From contig CAWDFP010000006.1 of the NCBI GenBank assembly GCA_963801605.1, forward strand, positions 1,440,001 to 1,504,000: a stretch of DNA of 64,000 bases, in the 5' to 3' direction. Made by a program: the position numbers and the translations under genes. Source of the stretch: an uncultured candidate division Zixibacteria bacterium. Its GTDB lineage: Bacteria; Zixibacteria; MSB-5A5; UBA10806. This document shows, one piece after another, positions 63,512 through 64,000 of the stretch (its first letter is position 1; each line of letters opens with the position of its first letter). The notes under the pieces were generated by a model that did no database searches, was not told the DNA's origin, and saw only the letters and a program-made list of their open reading frames with translations.

Positions 63512-63640
63512 GTTTTTAGACGAGGATTTAATCTTTTGAGGATCTTAGAGACTCAAAAATAACCGAAAAGCAGGGTAGATCCGCTACCGCGGGTGCCTGG
63601 CTTTTCGGGCGCCAATTTAGATAAGGTAGTGGATTTTTTT

Positions 63641-64000
63641 ATGTCAATGGATAGGCAATTAGAACAAACTCGTAATATCGGAATCATGGCTCATATCGAC
63701 GCCGGTAAGACCACGACCACCGAGCGTATTTTGTTCTATTCGGGTAAAGTCCACCGCATCGGCGAAGTCGATGACGGCGCTGCTACGATGGACTGGATGG
63801 AGCAGGAGAAAGAGCGTGGTATTACTATCACGTCCGCGGCTACTACCATCTTCTGGAACGATACCCGCATCAACATCATTGACACCCCCGGTCACGTCGA
63901 TTTCACAATGGAAGTCGAACGGTCGCTCAGGGTGCTCGATGGCGCTATTGCCTTATTCTGCTCGGTCGGCGGTGTCGAACCGCAATCCGAAACGGTTTGG
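63641..64000 (+). CDS. fusA: Elongation factor G (5' part; runs off the window)
   Basis: [37 protein letters not shown]. Confidence 0.98.
   Translation, partial: MSMDRQLEQTRNIGIMAHIDAGKTTTTERILFYSGKVHRIGEVDDGAATMDWMEQEKERGITITSAATTIFWNDTRINIIDTPGHVDFTMEVERSLRVLDGAIALFCSVGGVEPQSETVW

Overview
Bacterial chromosomal window from a diderm, probably an FCB-superphylum organism. The dockerin-like and YPNPFN/FlgD-Ig-type C-terminal domains suggest candidate division Zixibacteria; this is inference only. The left 48 kb mixes envelope and housekeeping genes: a large internally duplicated secreted beta-propeller protein, lapA-lapB-SPOR-mutS, secreted M28/M36/M23/NlpC/S11 peptidases, an FG-GAP/ASPIC protein, a degenerate ECF-like sigma factor with a ParB-like gene and a receiver gene, and a multiheme cytochrome c lipoprotein. 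It also holds a TPR-exbB-exbD-exbD-tonB-tonB operon, purN/purC/purH, an ABC sugar transporter without its ATPase, and an uncharacterised four-gene membrane cluster (DUF6754-like). The right 16 kb is the core tRNA(Thr-Tyr-Gly-Thr)-tuf-rpmG-tRNA(Trp)-secE-nusG-rplKAJL-rpoBC-rpsLG-fusA cluster. Its tRNA operon has been invaded by extra genes, including a small GIY-YIG nuclease whose stop codon lies inside a remodelled copy of the adjacent tRNA-Gly. Short perfect palindromes nested inside other hairpins occur elsewhere in the window. Thirteen frameshifts (8 in rpoB), all +1 and mostly homopolymer extensions, are most likely sequencing errors. No CRISPR array, rRNA or transposase was seen.
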